From Phycisphaeraceae bacterium (GTDB lineage: Bacteria; Planctomycetota; Phycisphaerae; Phycisphaerales; Zrk34): 17,011 nt of DNA. Under the pieces are notes generated by a model that did not search any database, had not been told where the DNA came from, and saw nothing but the letters and a program-made list of their open reading frames with translations. Below are positions 15,967 to 17,011 of this stretch, in pieces. How positions within the stretch are numbered: position 1 is the stretch's first letter; the number at the start of each line of letters is the position of its first letter. A program made the translations under genes and the position numbers. The DNA lies in assembly GCA_040905565.1 (NCBI GenBank), contig JBBDRF010000024.1, positions 33,427-50,437 on the forward strand, read 5' to 3'.

Positions 15967-16802
15967 ACATCCCCGCTGTCCCGTTGCGTCCCAGCCGTGT
16001 GCTTTCCCGACTGCGGGCCGGCGAAGTGGTCAGTTGCACAAAGATGAACCTCTCCGATCCGCGGGTGGTGGAAATCGCCGCCATGGCGGGCCTCGACTGC
16101 GTCTGGCTCGATATGGAGCATGTCGCCAACGGCACGCGCGATATCGAAAACGCCATCCGCGCCGCCAAGGCTTACAACTGCGATGCGCTCGTGCGCGTAG
16201 CGCGCGGCAGCTACAGCGATCTGATTCGGCCGCTGGAGATGGATGCGGCCGGCATCATGGTGCCCCACGTCATGAGCGGCGATGATGCGCGGCACGTCAT
16301 CCGGCAGACGCGTTTCCACCCGCTGGGCCTGCGAGCGCTGGACGGTGGCAACACGGACGGCGCGTATTGCAGCGTTCCCCTGACCGACTACATGCGCCAT
16401 GCCAACGAGCAACGCTTCGTCGTGCTTCAGATTGAAGATCCCGAGGCGGTCGATTCGCTGGACGATATCGCTGCCGTGCCGGGGGTGGACATGCTGTTCT
16501 TCGGCCCCGGCGACTACAGCCACGCGCTCGGCATTCCCGGCCAGATGGACGACCCACGCATTGAGCAGGCGCGGCAGGCCGTCGCCGCTGCGGCGAAGAA
16601 GCACGACATCTTCGCGGGCACGGTCACCGGCGCCGCCGGCCTCGAGCATTGCGTCGCACTCGGCTACCAGTTCCTCAGTGTCGGCGCTGACGTGGTCGCG
16701 CTGAACCAGGCATTCCGGAAAACAGTTGCCGCTTTTACTGGCACGCGCGAGGCGGCGCAACCTGCGAGCATTTACGCCGCCTCGTCCAAAGACAAGGCGT
16801 GA
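15963..16802 (+). CDS. HpcH/HpaI-family class II pyruvate aldolase
   Basis: WLDMEH, LVRV (catalytic Arg), GIMVPHV, FHPLGLR, LQIED and FFGPGDYS (metal ligands E/D). ATGA overlap with the upstream gene. Confidence 0.92.
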   Translation: MNIPAVPLRPSRVLSRLRAGEVVSCTKMNLSDPRVVEIAAMAGLDCVWLDMEHVANGTRDIENAIRAAKAYNCDALVRVARGSYSDLIRPLEMDAAGIMVPHVMSGDDARHVIRQTRFHPLGLRALDGGNTDGAYCSVPLTDYMRHANEQRFVVLQIEDPEAVDSLDDIAAVPGVDMLFFGPGDYSHALGIPGQMDDPRIEQARQAVAAAAKKHDIFAGTVTGAAGLEHCVALGYQFLSVGADVVALNQAFRKTVAAFTGTREAAQPASIYAASSKDKA

Positions 16803-16826
16803 ACACGAGCGGCATCAGTCCGTCGG

Positions 16827-17011
16827 TTACGGGATGCGCCAGTGCCGACTGTCGCGCGCGAGCATGATGTCGGCCGCGGGCGGACCCCACGTGCCCGCCG
16901 GGTAGGTCGGAATGCCTTCGTCCTGGTTCGCCCCCCACGCGTCAAGCACGGGCTGCACGATCCGCCACGCCTGCTCGATCTCCTCGCGCTGCTTGTACAG
17001 CGTCTGGTCGC
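16827..17011 (-). CDS. zwf: Glucose-6-phosphate 1-dehydrogenase, C-terminal 60 aa (5'-truncated by window edge)
   Basis: Manual translation of the minus strand gives (G)DQTLYKQREEIEQAWRIVQPVLDAWGANQDEGIPTYPAGTWGPPAADIMLARDSRHWRIP*, matching the G6PDH C-terminal GDxTL...AW...YxAGxWGP..A...W pattern. Stop TAA at 16829-16827. Not in the ORF track. Confidence 0.9.
   Translation of the reverse strand, partial: DQTLYKQREEIEQAWRIVQPVLDAWGANQDEGIPTYPAGTWGPPAADIMLARDSRHWRIP

Noticed and set aside
1816..16760. Long antisense or alternate-frame ORFs (e.g. 1816..2904, 5213..6118, 6678..7655, 8759..9466, 10140..10952, 11186..12118, 12203..13069, 15957..16760)
   Set aside because: They almost entirely overlap well-supported genes, carry no family motifs, and are expected from codon bias in high-GC DNA.
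8679..16826. Similar TCAGTC..CCGTCGG words at both flanks of the catabolic locus as a possible att site or target duplication
   Set aside because: Short, gapped and GC-rich, with no recombinase or tRNA nearby.
16735..16938. 67-aa minus-strand ORF in the track
   Set aside because: It is out of frame with the clear zwf C-terminus on the same strand and overlaps the aldolase gene.
1..17011. CRISPR arrays, tRNA/rRNA, riboswitches, transposases and defence genes
   Set aside because: No regularly spaced repeats, cloverleaf patterns or relevant protein motifs were seen by eye. A covariance-model search was not possible.

Overview
GC-rich bacterial DNA. The gene set suggests Planctomycetota, probably Phycisphaerae, but this is an inference and was not verified. 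The left half (1-8662) is mostly housekeeping or conserved-hypothetical: the 3' part of an ABC1/UbiB-family gene, a small hypothetical, an NAD-type isocitrate dehydrogenase, an alpha/beta hydrolase, a Cys-containing membrane-anchored hypothetical, SppA, an M48 protease, dapF, and a secreted protein with an internally duplicated domain. The right half (8792-16802) is a compact, probably DeoR-regulated catabolic locus. A neutral-ceramidase-like hydrolase is divergent from an operon of DeoR, a divergent NagA-like deacylase, a class I (DhnA/LsrF-type) aldolase, two Gfo/Idh/MocA oxidoreductases, an SDR and an HpcH/HpaI pyruvate aldolase. The locus has no kinase or transporter. It does not match a pathway I recognise and is the best candidate for an undescribed system; my hypothesis is breakdown of an N-acylated sugar acid such as a bacterial nonulosonate. 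The window ends in the 3' end of zwf on the minus strand, which the ORF track omits. I saw no RNA genes, CRISPR arrays or mobile elements.
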